This document shows, piece after piece, positions 13,401 through 25,959 of a DNA stretch of 63,501 nucleotides. Numbering within the stretch: position 1 is the stretch's first letter; every line of letters starts with the position of its first letter. The stretch covers positions 1 to 63,501 of the forward strand of contig NW_026865652.1 in NCBI RefSeq assembly GCF_026571515.1. Direction: 5' to 3'. Both the position numbers and the translations under genes were made by a program. The notes under the pieces are model-generated. The model saw only the letters and a program-made list of their open reading frames with translations, had not been told where the DNA came from and ran no database searches. The stretch comes from Ruditapes philippinarum (taxonomy: Eukaryota).

Positions 13401-14389
13401 TTCTGTCTATCTTAGGTATTACTTATAATACTATTTTTTGTTGTATATAATTCACCAGTTGTAAGGTCATCAAAAATCATGTTAATGTTAATGTTAGGAT
13501 TTCATATTTATTTAATATAAACTGGGAATTATTAATGTTATGTGCATACATGTATATCTTAGACAGTAGTAGATCTATATTGATATGTTGAGACTTATAT
13601 TTTTTCTGCATTTTAAAGAGATACAGTTATGTCATTATTATTAAAGGGATGAGACTTTCATTTAAAGTTATAAATGATAAAACATGTATTGATTGAAAAT
13701 GTCCTTAAACTTGGATCAAGCAATATAATAATAAAGTCTCAAAAAAATCATATTCTGAATAGTTATTCTATTTTTTTTTTTCTAACATGTGCATAGTTTG
13801 AAAAGGACAGCTTCTGTCTTATCTATTTGTAATGAAGGGACACCGGTCTCAACCTCCAGGTCTCCTGAGTCAACCCGACAACAGACTGTACATAGAGTAG
13901 ATTGTTACTTGCCCTTGAATAAATTTGTGCACTAAATTTATAGTGGGTGATTTGTGCCACATGAAAACCAACATAGTACAAAAAGTAACAAAGTGGTTTG
14001 TTTGTTGCATTTTTCATGTTTTTTGCCCGGTGCCCTTGATGCAAAATACAAATCAGCCTTCATAAAATTTCTTATGTTGGTCACAGGTTTGAGTTCTGGT
14101 CAAGCTCAAAGTTTTTCCTCATCCTGTGACTGCATATAAGCATGAGTTCAATTTCCTATGCTCTGTAACATAAGAAATTCACGAACACAAATCGATATAG
14201 TGGGGAAATATGTTGTGGTTTAGAAACTGTTTCATTTATTAAAGAGAAAATGTGTAGCAGGCCGGATAGCTCAGTTGGTCTTCTGAAAGTCATGGGTTCG
14301 AGTCATGGTCAGGCAGTTTCAGTCAGGGTTTAGAAGTGGTTTTTCAATTGACACATGTTTGATTCATTTAACAGATTGCATTATTTTGA

Positions 14390-15235
14390 AATGGACAAAG
14401 GGCAGTATTGTATGATACTTTTAGATCTACAAAGGGCATTTGATACAGTTGAACACACTATACTGCACATGAAGAAGTTGTTTTTCTTCTTCTTCATGAA
14501 ACTTCAAGCATCTGCCATAATATAATGACATTCTTACATGGTTTTAAGTCTTATCTCTGATAGTAGCTGGTTGATGTGGCTGGTACTTATTCTACTACAG
14601 TCACTGCTCTGAGTACCTATGCTGTCCCCCTGATGTTCATTTTAGGTCCTCTTTTTATGTCTAATATATGTCAATTACATGTCTTCAACCCTAAGCAGTA
14701 AGCTTTTATTATAATGCACAGGCACGAGTATCAGACCTTGGAAGAAAAAAATATGGCCAGATTGATAAAAAAAACCTGTGTTCATCTTAAAAGTGTCAAC
14801 AAACCAAAATAAAATGTAAATAATGACCCCTTTAAAAATATACTTCAAGTTGATAGTATATTTTTTAAAGGGGATTCATTATTTACATTTTTTGGGGGTT
14901 TTTTATAAACACAGTTTTTTTATCAATCTGGTCATCTGGTCATATTTTTTTTCTTCCCAGGTCCGATACTCGTGCCTGTGATTATGCTATGCTGATGACT
15001 CAGGAATCCTTGTGTCTCATAAAATAAATCTGAAGAAATTCTTTCTTATAGCATGAGTCTTGTAAGATTGCTTAATTGACTATAAATTGTCTTTGCATCT
15101 TGGCAAGACAGAGTCTATTCTTTTTTGGTTTAAGTTTCAACTTAAACTGGCCCTAGCCTCAAGGTCACATGTAATGGTACTGCTATAAAGTACACATCTT
15201 TTGTTAAGTATTTAGGTGCAAATCTGGATCAAATT
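14390..15235 (+). pseudogene. Decayed CR1/L2-group RT fragment
   Basis: Frame-broken motifs MILLDLQRAFDTV, ILGPL, YADDSGI, KLSLHLGKTESILF, KYLGANLDQ in the expected order. Confidence 0.8.
14717..14980. mobile_element. 264-bp fold-back MITE inserted in the RT fragment
   Basis: CACAGGCACGAGTATC...GATACTCGTGCCTGTG; self-complementary almost to its centre (~14848). Confidence 0.8.
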
Positions 15236-15781
15236 CTTTTGGCGTCGCCCTTTGATGCTTTGCATCAATGATTTTCTTGTATATTATATATCAGAATAAG
15301 AGGTAAGTTCACCTGGAGTAACAAAAAAGGGGAAATAACTCAATAACACATATATGTGTCATCTGAATGAATTACTTCCATTTGTATACAACGTTGTATT
15401 TTAGAACAAGTTCACTATGTGAAGTAGAAAAATGTGCCTCCTACATGTGCACGTATATATCTTAGTCAGTGTGAAAAAAATATCTTCCTAAATTCTTAAA
15501 ATCTATTATAGCTTGTTTATGATATGAAACAAAATAACGTGGTTTACTATATAGATTCTACTTATGAATAAAATATTGAGAAATATTAACGAAATAAGAT
15601 GTGTATTTTCATTTTCCATATTTTCATTGTAAAAATTTATTTTTCACTGCAGTGAAGCACATTTTCCGTACTTTCACTGGTGTCTTGCCGTACTACTTTC
15701 TTCTAAATTTGGCCAGTACACATAATGTAAGAGAGGTCTTTCAAATTGTAATGTCAAAAAAGAGAAAAATGAATATAATAG

Positions 15782-16133
15782 ATAGAGGATATTGAATGAA
15801 TGTAAGTTCAATACTGAATTTATTGCACGAGTTGAATAAAATTATATTATGCGAGCCTCTGGCGAGCATAATATTATTTTATTCAACGAGTGCAATAAAT
15901 TCAGTAATGAACTTACACGAATTTAATATTCTATTTATCACATACCCAAAATAAATACCGTTTAAAGTGAAATAAGAGTCAATTTTCATTGACGCGCCTA
16001 TAGTATAACGCTAACATTTAGCGCGTCTTTACACTATGTTTGTATAACGCTAATGACGTCACGTCAAAATATATGCACGGCCGTGCAATACCATTTTTAC
16101 GGAGTCGCAAAATCGGCACGGGTGTGTGATAAA
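15782..16133 (+). mobile_element. ~351-bp hairpin element (Crypton-like candidate), copy A
   Basis: ATAGAGGATATT, ~150-bp palindrome, TTCTATTTATCACA, ends GTGTGATAAA; near-identical reverse copies at 19671-20371. Confidence 0.75.
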
Positions 16134-16286
16134 CAGAAAATTCAAGTGTTTTCTATAGATACATGATTAATTTTCATCTTGTGGTATGAAAATTACCATT
16201 ACCGCCACTCATGAAATATTTATTTTTATAACACTCAATGAAAATAGATCCTGTATTTCTAGAAAACAAACTTGAATATCCTCTAT
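16134..16286 (-). mobile_element. Older related hairpin module ending AATATCCTCTAT
   Basis: AGAAAATTCAAGTGTTTTCTA...TAGAAAACAAACTTGAATATCCTCTAT imperfect palindrome with the same terminus as copy A. Confidence 0.55.
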
Positions 16287-16919
16287 GGACAAATAGTTTT
16301 AAATATTTTTGACATTTATAATAAATGAATATTCACCATTTGTGCAATGTTCTTCTTACCGCTTTTTATCAGTGTCTAAATGTAATATAATATCAGATAA
16401 TCTTGAATTTTAAAATGAGAAAAGATTCACAATATATTCAAGTTTTAATCTACGTTCTTTTTCAAGGATAAGAAAGTCACACAGAACGCGCATAACAAAT
16501 TATCACCTTTCATGATTTATATTGTCACCTTGGCGTTGTCACCATTTAAAATCGGCGTATATCCGGATGTATTGCAAGCTTAATGTTTGATTTTTAAAGA
16601 CGCTATATTGTGTGAAATGTTTGAAATTATCAATAACTTAGCTCAATCGAATAATTATGCATAAGTAAACACCCCAAAACGCAACGCCTATATTGCTTGT
16701 ATGTATTAAATATTCTAATTTAATCCGTTATGCACAGGAAATTTTACGATATCTAAATTGATACAAATCTTGCATTTAAATACTATGAATATTGAATATT
16801 AGATTCAGATGAAACTCGCAGTTAGATCGACGAATTATGAAACATATATTGACATTTCATAAAAATTTATAAAATTTTGTTTGTGATATAGTTTTTGTCA
16901 ATTCTTAAATTTCGTGAAA

Positions 16920-18452
16920 ATGTGGAAAATGCGTTATGACGATTATTCTGAACAGGGTGAAGGATTCTATAATGTGTCAGTGCTACCAGAGGACGACAAA
17001 AACAGTGAATCAACGACATATGTCGTGTCCTGGGTAGACCCTATCTTACGTCCGACATCAACAAGAGGCTATAACATAGCAGACACAGAAGTACGAATAA
17101 ATGACGTGACGTTGAATGACGTCAGAGATGATGACACGGACACATACTCGTGGGTCAAGGTTGAAGACACTGCCCACCTACCGGGAGTTCAATCAGTAGC
17201 GGTTTCTGATACATACAAAGATGTTTTTCATACAACATACAAGGGTCAGAACACGAAACTTCGTGTCGATAAAGAAAACTTGACAATGGCAAATAACGAT
17301 AGAAAAGAGCAAAAAAATAAAGAGATTGACACGAGTCTGATATATGGCAACCATTGTTCCATTTTTCTGGCTTTCCTTGTAAGACTTTTGCTGATTGGTC
17401 ACAATGTGTTTGCAGTTTGGCGCGTGACAATAGAATATAACGACTACATGTATTGGTTACTGGCAGTCACGAATTTCTTTCTGATATTTGAGGGAGTTGT
17501 CGTCATAATAAGAAATGCTGGAAAGGAATACTCATGGTAAGATAATAAGCTACTGTAAATTTATAAATTAGTTTTCAACTTCTTCTAAATAGTGGTCGTT
17601 GTGTTATGAATTCGTTTTATTTTTTTATAGATCTATATAAATGTAGTCAACATTTTATTTTGCAGGTGGTCTCCATGCCTCCTTTTCTATCTTGCTGGAA
17701 CAGTGCCTGCAGTGTGGTTCCTTCAGCTGAACCAATACCACAAGGCATCAACAACTTCACAAGCTGAGGTAAATATATAATTTTCATTTCTGTCACACAT
17801 TGTTAATCGAACAGACATTAGATCTAGATACGATCTAACTTTTGTTAAAAATTAACATTAAATTATTTTATTTAAGCATGTGTTTTTGAATAATGGGCTC
17901 TGTATTTTTCAGCAAGGGAAACCAGCCATTGACATATGGGTGATACTTACAGCGGAAACTCTCGTGTTTGCCGTTCTCATCAGCCGATGGCTATTGCCAC
18001 GTCATAAACTTTCAGAAAACGTCATCTCTGACGTCTTAGTAGAATTTATTTTCATAGCGTCTGACGTCATGGAGTTTCTAGCTGTCTTTGACAATGATCG
18101 GGTAAGAGGAGATTTGAACATTATCTACGTGGTTCTGGCGGTCTGGACAGCGAGTTTGGTCCAGTTTGTTCCTGTTTTCAAGCGAAAGAATCGTTACCGA
18201 AAGGGTGAGAAGGACGGCTGTGTCAGGCAATGCTGTGGAATGAATGGAGTGAAAATAATTGCTATTTGTATGAATGTTTTTCTACAAAATTTGCCTTTTC
18301 TTGTTGTACGACTCTATCTTATTATTGAGATGAGGATAATTACATACAGTCTGATATTTTTCGTGCTGAAAAATGTTGTATCCTTGCTATTTCTTTTCTG
18401 TGTAATGATTGGGATTTTCCTATGTCAGAACAAGGGTGAAAAATCGGATTAG
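16920..18452 (+). CDS. TMEM26: TMEM26-family protein, paralogue 2 (exons 16920-17536, 17666-17768, 17913-18452)
   Basis: Phase-compatible GT-AG introns at the same positions as paralogues 1 and 3; HNVFAVWRV, GKEYSWWSPCLLFYL, SRWLLP, ASDVMEF, PFLVVRLY, FFVLKN. Confidence 0.85.
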
Positions 18453-19670
18453 TTCTAATTTATTGTTGATTACGTAGACTCTTGAATACATTCATTCAGC
18501 CTTGTGATGACCAAAGAATCACTTTATAATTTTACACTAGCTGTTTCAGTTTAGGTAACTAAATTGACATTTAGGACGCCTACATTTCAAATGTATATTT
18601 CCATATACAGATATCCGTGAAAATGAAATGATATGAAAATATGTGGATGAATTTAAACAAACTTGACTGTGTTTAATCCTGCTTATATAGTAAAAGCTTA
18701 ATAAACGCTTCGATATATCTGTTTCTGCGTTCTGGCAGTAGGATCTCAGTGACAGGAGAGTAGACATGTATATATCGATGTTTATATGATCAATTACAAG
18801 ATTTTAAGCTTTTTTTGTTTTTACTTATTTACCTCAATGCAATTCATTTCCATGGAGTATAAGTATTAGCCAAAGATATAAATTTTGAGCCAAACATCGG
18901 TCACTGTTAGTCGGCCAATGAGAACCTAAATGTTTAGTACACGGAAACCTCACGTCGTCTAACCGTACAAGCGGCTAACGCACCCTGGTATTCTTCATCG
19001 CCGTCTCTGCCTACTTTGTAGGGCTTCAGTCAGGACAGCGGCAGCTGGTCATCAGTATACAAGTTTCGGTTTTCTCTTACGCCGTCCAAAGGTTTTCAAA
19101 TTATCTGCCGATGGGCTGTGCCTTCTCGGCGACCGATGGAAAGATGGGTGCAGAAGTACAGAAGTAGCGTATATATATAGCTTATAGAACCGTCACGATT
19201 ATATGGAAATCATGTTACATACGTCCAGTACTATTAAAATTCAATATACATGTATGTCTATATGGACGAAGCCAACCGGTCGTCTGATGTTTCAAATTTT
19301 ACTTTCTTTTTTATTATAATTTTAACCATATTGTATTTTGCTTACAGTTTCAAATATCTTTAATGCATTTATCTACGGAACAGCTTTAGGCATATTTCTA
19401 GAGTTACTGCATGATTATTATTAAAAAGCTCCGTCTTATCTGGTCTTGGTTTTTTGCATCTAGAAGTATTTTCATTGGAGTTCAAAGATGATTTATGTAA
19501 AGACCTCGAGTTATTTTTAAATAGTTGCTCCGGATATGTTACATATAAAATCAATTGTTTATTGAATAAGATCTATATATACTTTTGATGATGTGTAGAT
19601 TCGGTTGACAAGAAGCGTAAATGTACAGAGATAAATGGGTTTGGGGTGGAAGACATTGGACAACAATATA

Positions 19671-20371
19671 TATCACACACCCGTGCCGATTTTGCGACTC
19701 CGTAAATATGGTATTGCACGGCCGTGCATATATTTTGACGTGACGTCATTAGCGTTATACAAACATAGTGTAAAGACGCGCTAAATGATGGCATTATTCT
19801 ATAGGCGCGTCAATGAAAAATGACTCTTATTTCACTTTAAACGGTCTTTATTTTGGGTGTGTGATAAATAGAATATTAAATTCGTGTAAGTTCATTACTG
19901 AATTTATTGCACTCGTTGAATAAAATAATATTATGCTCGCCAGAGGCTCGCATAATATAATTTTATTCAACTCGTGCAATAAATTCAGTATTGAACTTTC
20001 ACTCATTCAATATCCTCTATTTATCACACACCCGTGCCGATTTTGCGACTCCGTAAATATGGTATTGCACGACCGTGCATATATTTTGACGTGACGTCAT
20101 TAGCGTTATACAAACATAGTGTAAAGACGCGCTAAATGTTAGCGTTATACTATAGGCGCGTCAATGAAAAATGACTCTTATTTCACTTTAAACGGTCTTT
20201 ATTTTGGGTATGTGATAAATAGAATATTAAATTCGTGTAAGTTCATTACTGAATTTATTGCACTCGTTGAATAAAATAATATTATGCTCGCCAGAGGCTC
20301 GCATAATATAATTTTATACAACTCGTGCAATAAATTCAGTATTGAACTTACACTCATTCAATATCCTCTAT
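19671..20371 (-). mobile_element. Head-to-tail dimer of the 351-bp hairpin element (copies B and C)
   Basis: Period 351 bp; junction TATCCTCTAT|TTATCACACA at 20011-20030; reverse complement of copy A. Confidence 0.85.
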
Positions 20372-20459
20372 ATATCACGACATTGCAACATTATTACATT
20401 TCAAGTACTGGGCATGACAAATTTTCAAACTCAAACATATTAAAATGAGATTATACACA

Positions 20460-20790
20460 TTAATTACCGTTTTACAAATGCAAACTTAGAAAGTTGATGT
20501 ATAAACATTGTTAAAATTACGAAATTTAGAAAAAACATTTATAAAAATGAGATTCTCAGCAGGTTATCTAGCAGCAGAAGCAGGTAGATGCCATAAGCCA
20601 CATAAAATATCATTTGCCTCACGAAAATGTAGACTATGTAACACTCTGGAGAATGAATTTCATTTCTTAATCGAATGTCCATTAGACTAATGCATATGAA
20701 AAAAAATACTTTGGGAGGAGAGGTAATGTACTAAAATTAAGAGAATTATTTAAATCTGTATAAAATATGTGTGGATAGTTACAAATTTTT
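20460..20790 (+). pseudogene. Decayed 3' end of an RTE-X-like LINE ORF2
   Basis: MRFSA..L..EAGR...RKCRLCNTLENEFHFLIECPL matches the C-terminal Cys/His motif seen in 58336-58791. Confidence 0.7.
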
Positions 20791-21892
20791 AAAAGAAATA
20801 GTGTTCTGTACCAACGATAACATTGTCTTCTCACTGCAACATGCATATTATAATTATGAATTTATGAATGTTGTTATGAATTAGAATTGACTTTGTTTAT
20901 CATGCTTGTATCATGCTATTGATAACTTGTTTATTACTGTGCTTACTGCCTTTGTATAAATAAATTATATTATATGTATACATGTAAAGTATGAAATAAA
21001 TAGGAATACCCTCAACGCATTTCTTTCTCCTACCTAACACTTGCAAAGTCCTAATAAGTTCTACTTAAGAGTTATATGAACTTCTATAAGTAGGTTATTT
21101 TTAAATCTTCTATCTTAAAAATCTTCTAAATTCTTTTTATAAAAACATTATGAACGCTTCTGAAATTAAGTGACCAATGGCACAATATTGTTTAGCATCG
21201 GGAAACAACGCGAACCAAACAACAATCCGAGCTTAATTACGGTTCTACAAGTTCCCTGTACCTTTGACTTGCTATGTTTAGGTATGCAAAGATTTCAGAT
21301 GTTGGAAACTATTTATGATGTCTGATTTAGACGAAGAGGCCACATATTTTTTGTGTCGTGTTTTCGAAGAGAAATGATTATATCCTCCTCTCCATTCCAA
21401 TCGACTACCAAATAGTCAGTTTTTGTAAATCGCAATATATGCTAATATTTCGCAGTATCAAACTGTTTACTAATAGGCAATAAAAATGTGTAAGTGACCC
21501 GGCAACTTAGTCGGGAGAGCTAAAAAACGACATCCCGAAAGTCCTGGGTTCAAGTTTCGACCAGTTTTCTCACCCTGTTTTACACTAATTATACAAATCA
21601 TTAAACTATGTTTTTGAAAAAGAAATGAAACATGTACTTCTTTGTTTTCAAGGTGTGTATACGGTTGTATAATGGGAATCAGGTTCGATTTACATCCAAA
21701 ATATATGTCACTTGGATTGCTGAATAAGTAACTTTGAATAAACAATCATGACGTCAAATCATTGGATATATCTTACTGTAAGTTGATTTAAGTTTCTATA
21801 ATAAAACAAAACTTTCATACTTTTCCACAATAAGTTATTGTCATGATCTATCTAATCCCTCAATACGTGGTTTGACACAGTACATGGATGAT

Positions 21893-22103
21893 TTGTTTGT
21901 TTGTTTAATTGGGTTTTACGTCACACCGACACATTATAGGTCATATGGCGATGTAAAGGAAGACCGTGCATTATTTCAGGCACCTAAGTAGTACATGTAC
22001 CACCGACGTATGATAGCTTCCTCACATGAAAGAATACAAAGTCCCTGTGGGGATTCGAACCCACAGCGGTGAGGGGCAAGTGGTTTTTGCCACGGACGCC
22101 CCT
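21893..22103 (-). mobile_element. tRNA-derived SINE, Meta-domain type
   Basis: Minus strand reads GGGGCGTCCGTGGC...GTGGGTTCGAATCCC (B box)...CATGTGAGGAAGC...GAAATAATGCAC...TCGCCATATGACCTATAATGTGTCGGTGTGACGTAAAACCC and an (AAAC)n tail; resembles bivalve MetaSINEs as recalled. Confidence 0.7.
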
Positions 22104-22760
22104 CACATGGATGAGTTACTTTTTGAGAACGGTCAAAATATTTAATAGTTTGTCTCTTTTGTAAAGGTTATATTTGAAAATTGTCAAAACTAATACAGCA
22201 TTTTCATTCAAGATGAAATCCGCTGTATTACATAAAAAGACATTTGATTAAGATAGAGATAGAAGTAGTTTCCATTGAGGATTATTTGAATAGTGCATTG
22301 AGCTTATGTCAACAACATCCGGTAACGATTGTCTTCACTTTTAAATACGAACTCATGAACCTTAACTTAAGATTAATTAATATAATAAACATTTTTTTTA
22401 TTGAATGAATGCAATTGCGTTGTTAGATGTATTCATTTTCAAACATTTGTGGCATTATCAAATAAATCCCAACATTTAAGTGGATGGTAAGATTTGAGAA
22501 GAAGAGGCGTATTTGAACCTCTAGAATACATTGAGAGCTCTATTTGTCTAGTTATTTTATGAAGAAGGGGTGTCTTAGTTTAAATATCAAGAAATATTTT
22601 CAGCAAACAAGAATCTGCATTTATTACCGACTTAATCATACAGATCATACAGATTAATATTAAGATATTTTATACCAAAAGAAACCTTTTAAATCACGTA
22701 GGACTTGTGTTTGAATGTCTAATTTCTGTTTGTTTGCGGACATAGTGTAGACATATTGGA

Positions 22761-25324
22761 ATGGATTTAAAAAAGAATATAGATTCCACGAGTAACGAAA
22801 ACAAAAAAGTGAAAAATGGATTTAAATGGAGTACAATTATCGCGGCATTGAGCGTGCGGTGTCTTCTGGTGCTGCACAACATTCTCGCGGTCTGGAGAGT
22901 TGTAATATCACATGATAACGCGAGTTTCTGGGGTCTGGCATCTCTAAACATACTGATTCTAATTGAAACATATCTCGTCATTCGACGAAACTATGGGAAT
23001 GAATGGAAATGGTAAAGTTTCATTCTTATTCATAATCATTTACTATTAAAATAATGGCCGGCTTGTGTTTGAAATATGTTCTGGTTATTATCTAAACAAA
23101 TTATCTAATGACAAGTAAATCAAGTAAAAGTTAATCAAGTTAATAGTTACGCTCGAATTTCAGAAAATTAAAAATACACATCGTAAAATTAAGTTATAGT
23201 ATTTTCATATATTCATCTACGTATTTTTGTTTTTCTTTTGTTTGTGTTTGTTTGTTTCTCTTGTTTGTTTGTTTGTTTGTTTGTTTGTTTCTTTCTTTCT
23301 TTGTTCTGAATAAAATACAATTTTAAGATACATACTATCTGTATCAAGTTAAATACAAAATCAACATGTTTCTAACGATGAAGTGTTATCGCCAGGTGGT
23401 GTCCGTGTTTCTTGACGTATCTGTTAGCAACATTACCGTCTGTATGGCTACTTCAGCTCAGCTTGTATGACAGCCTTGTCTCTACAAATACAGACACTAA
23501 TAGTGTTCAGCCTACACCACAGGGTCAGATAGCGACAACATCACCCATATCCGCGTCTTCTGAAATAGGCAACTTTACCAACACAACGTCATCTGTGTCG
23601 ACAACCATGGTAACAACTACCAATGAGAGAATAGCGGTAAGTTGAAATTACTAGATCTTATTAAATAATTTATTTATCAGTTCAATAGTTTCTAACTGTA
23701 AATAAAAATGGAAGGAAAGATTAAAATAACAAGAAGAGAATCATGTTAGGTATTAGGGTCCAACAACATAACTTATTTTATTGATGACATAAAATACTTT
23801 TAGTCTGCGACAAAACGCATCGGTGTAAGAGGTGTTGCATTGCATTTTCATTAACGTGGATTTTTCAGTATATCCATTTTTGTTATCTATAAAACTAGAA
23901 AACAAGTTCGTTTTGCAGACATTTGGTAACTTTATATTCTAAAGTTTTGTATCATCTTATTTAAATTATTCAGTTGATTAAGTTGATTGGGATATTGTTT
24001 TGGTGTCTGATTTTTGGCACAATTATTAGTTAGCTTTCCCTACGGCATTGACTGAAGCGTACCCGTCCTGTCACAGTAATGAATATATACTTGAACGGAC
24101 GTAAAGGGAATTCCGCATCGTACTTTGATTTCACAACTGCGCAGATCTAAACATACAATTGTCAAGGGGTCCTCTCAATGTATGCAGTGCACAGCTGATC
24201 ATTCTTTTGCTTTTTATACGTGCGTATTTAAATAGCGTAAAACCTCGTGATAATATCGGATAGACTGATTGCTTAACATAAAATGTTCAGTCGTTGACCC
24301 AACTGCAATGACGCCAATACTGAATCAAAACAATAAACAACCAACTGCCTATTCTCCAAAGTTCATGAAAGGACAGCGATTTTATGTCTTGATTCCAATT
24401 ACAAGTACTTCTATGCTAAATTGATTTGTTTATTTTATTTTTTATAAATTTATACTATCATGGAAGTAAAAGAAAATTTCTAATATAAGCTGAAGTTGCT
24501 TTTGTTATAAACAAAATATTGGTGTACAAGTATACTTAGATTGTACGTTTTAGGTTAGTATGTTTAGATCTACAAATATTTACATCTCATAAACAGTCAA
24601 ATACTTCGACGGGGTGTCTGTAAGGTCACTATTTAAATATCATATAATTTCTATTTTACAGTCAAGTATTGATGAAATTCTTGCACTAGAAGATACCACA
24701 TGGATAGTTGTCATTCAGGAGTCACTGGTGTACCTGCTTGTGTTTGGACGCTGGATCTTACCGCGTTCAGAAGTGTCACGTGCAGCACTGTCTGACCTCC
24801 TATTAGAGTATCTAGCTATAGCTTCTGACATTATGGAGTTGTATGCCATATTCGACGAGGATGTTGTACAAAGCAATTTCGGAGCTACTTACGCTATTCT
24901 CACCATTTGGTCAATCAGCTTTTTGCAATTTGTACCTGTCCTAGTATTCAAACAAAAATACCGCCATTTACAAAGTCCCCGGATGAGCAAAATAAATCGC
25001 GCATGCGGAGAGTACTTCGCAGAGGTTGTTGTAACTTTAACAAGCATTTTACTGCAGGATGGACCTTTTCTCTGTCTAAGACTTTACATCATGTTAAGGT
25101 TCGAGCTGATCACATATAGCTTGGTGTTTTTCGTACTGAAGAACATTGTGGCGGTTCTTCTGTTGATATATCGTCTGGTAATTCTTTGTATCCGACTACC
25201 ATGCTGTTACCATGACAACGGAGAAGTTGTAGATGTTGAAAGTGTCGATTTTTCGCGTCCAGTGGTTCTACAAGTTAAAGCAGATATGTTTCGTAGGTTG
25301 GAATATTATAAAACGTACAATTAA
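22761..25324 (+). CDS. TMEM26: TMEM26-family protein, paralogue 3 (exons 22761-23011, 23396-23636, 24662-25324)
   Basis: Phase-compatible GT-AG introns; HNILAVWRV, GNEWKWWCPCFLTYL, GRWILPRSEVSRAALSDLLLEYLAIASDIMEL, LQDGPFLCLRLY, FFVLKN. Confidence 0.9.
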
Positions 25325-25946
25325 AGATAAATGCGATGTACATTTATGCAATTATAAAGTCAAACCAACATAATTATAATTAGCGCTGGACACGTCTTTA
25401 AAATATCATTATCATCGCTTTTATAACAGTCACCATCGTCATGTGGAGTTAAATTGCCACGATGTTAGAATCACTAATTTACAGCATACAGTATTAAATT
25501 CTACAAATACTCCTTTTTAATTTTATTTAGTTTTTAGTTTCAAATCAATTCAATTCATGATTTTGTAAAGGCATGTAGGTTCATGTAAATGTATGGCTAT
25601 ATATCAATATACATTGCATATTATAAACAAATGAGAACACTAAGAAACAAGAATAAGTTGAAGAAAAGAAAAATGAGTTTAAGAACAGTTTTTGTTTTTT
25701 AGTGAAGTAACCGTTTATATGGGGCTATATAACCTGTCAAAAAAATCTCTATAACTTATAAAATACACATTATTCTCTTTAACTATGTATACATTATTGC
25801 TAATTTTTTAATTGATATGCTAGACTCGGTCAATCGTAGTTTCCGCCAGAACAAGATAGACTATTCGTTCGAATTCGAGTAACAAGTTTGCCTACTTTCT
25901 ATGTTGACGACATGTAGCTGTAAAATGTAAATACAGGTCTGTATTT

Positions 25947-25952
25947 AAAAAA
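25947..25952 (-). terminator. Pol III oligo-T terminator of the tRNA
   Basis: T6 on the minus strand starting 8 nt downstream of the tRNA 3' end. Confidence 0.75.
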
Positions 25953-25959
25953 TATATCA

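Larger units (their letters stand above)
12710..15280 (+). mobile_element. Candidate Helentron-associated non-autonomous element (HINE)
   Basis: GGCGACGCC (12713) with nearby partial inverted copy GGCGTCGTC (12729); distal GGCGTCGCC (15241) followed by hairpin TTGATGC-ttt-GCATCAA and CTTGT end. Confidence 0.4.

Noticed and set aside
14258-14315. tRNA-like sequences (also ~14078-14105 and ~21495-21575)
   Set aside because: Only A/B-box remnants without a full cloverleaf; most likely SINE heads.
18890-19295. Possible TIR element bounded by AAACATC...GATGTTT
   Set aside because: Match is too short and degenerate and no TSD was seen.
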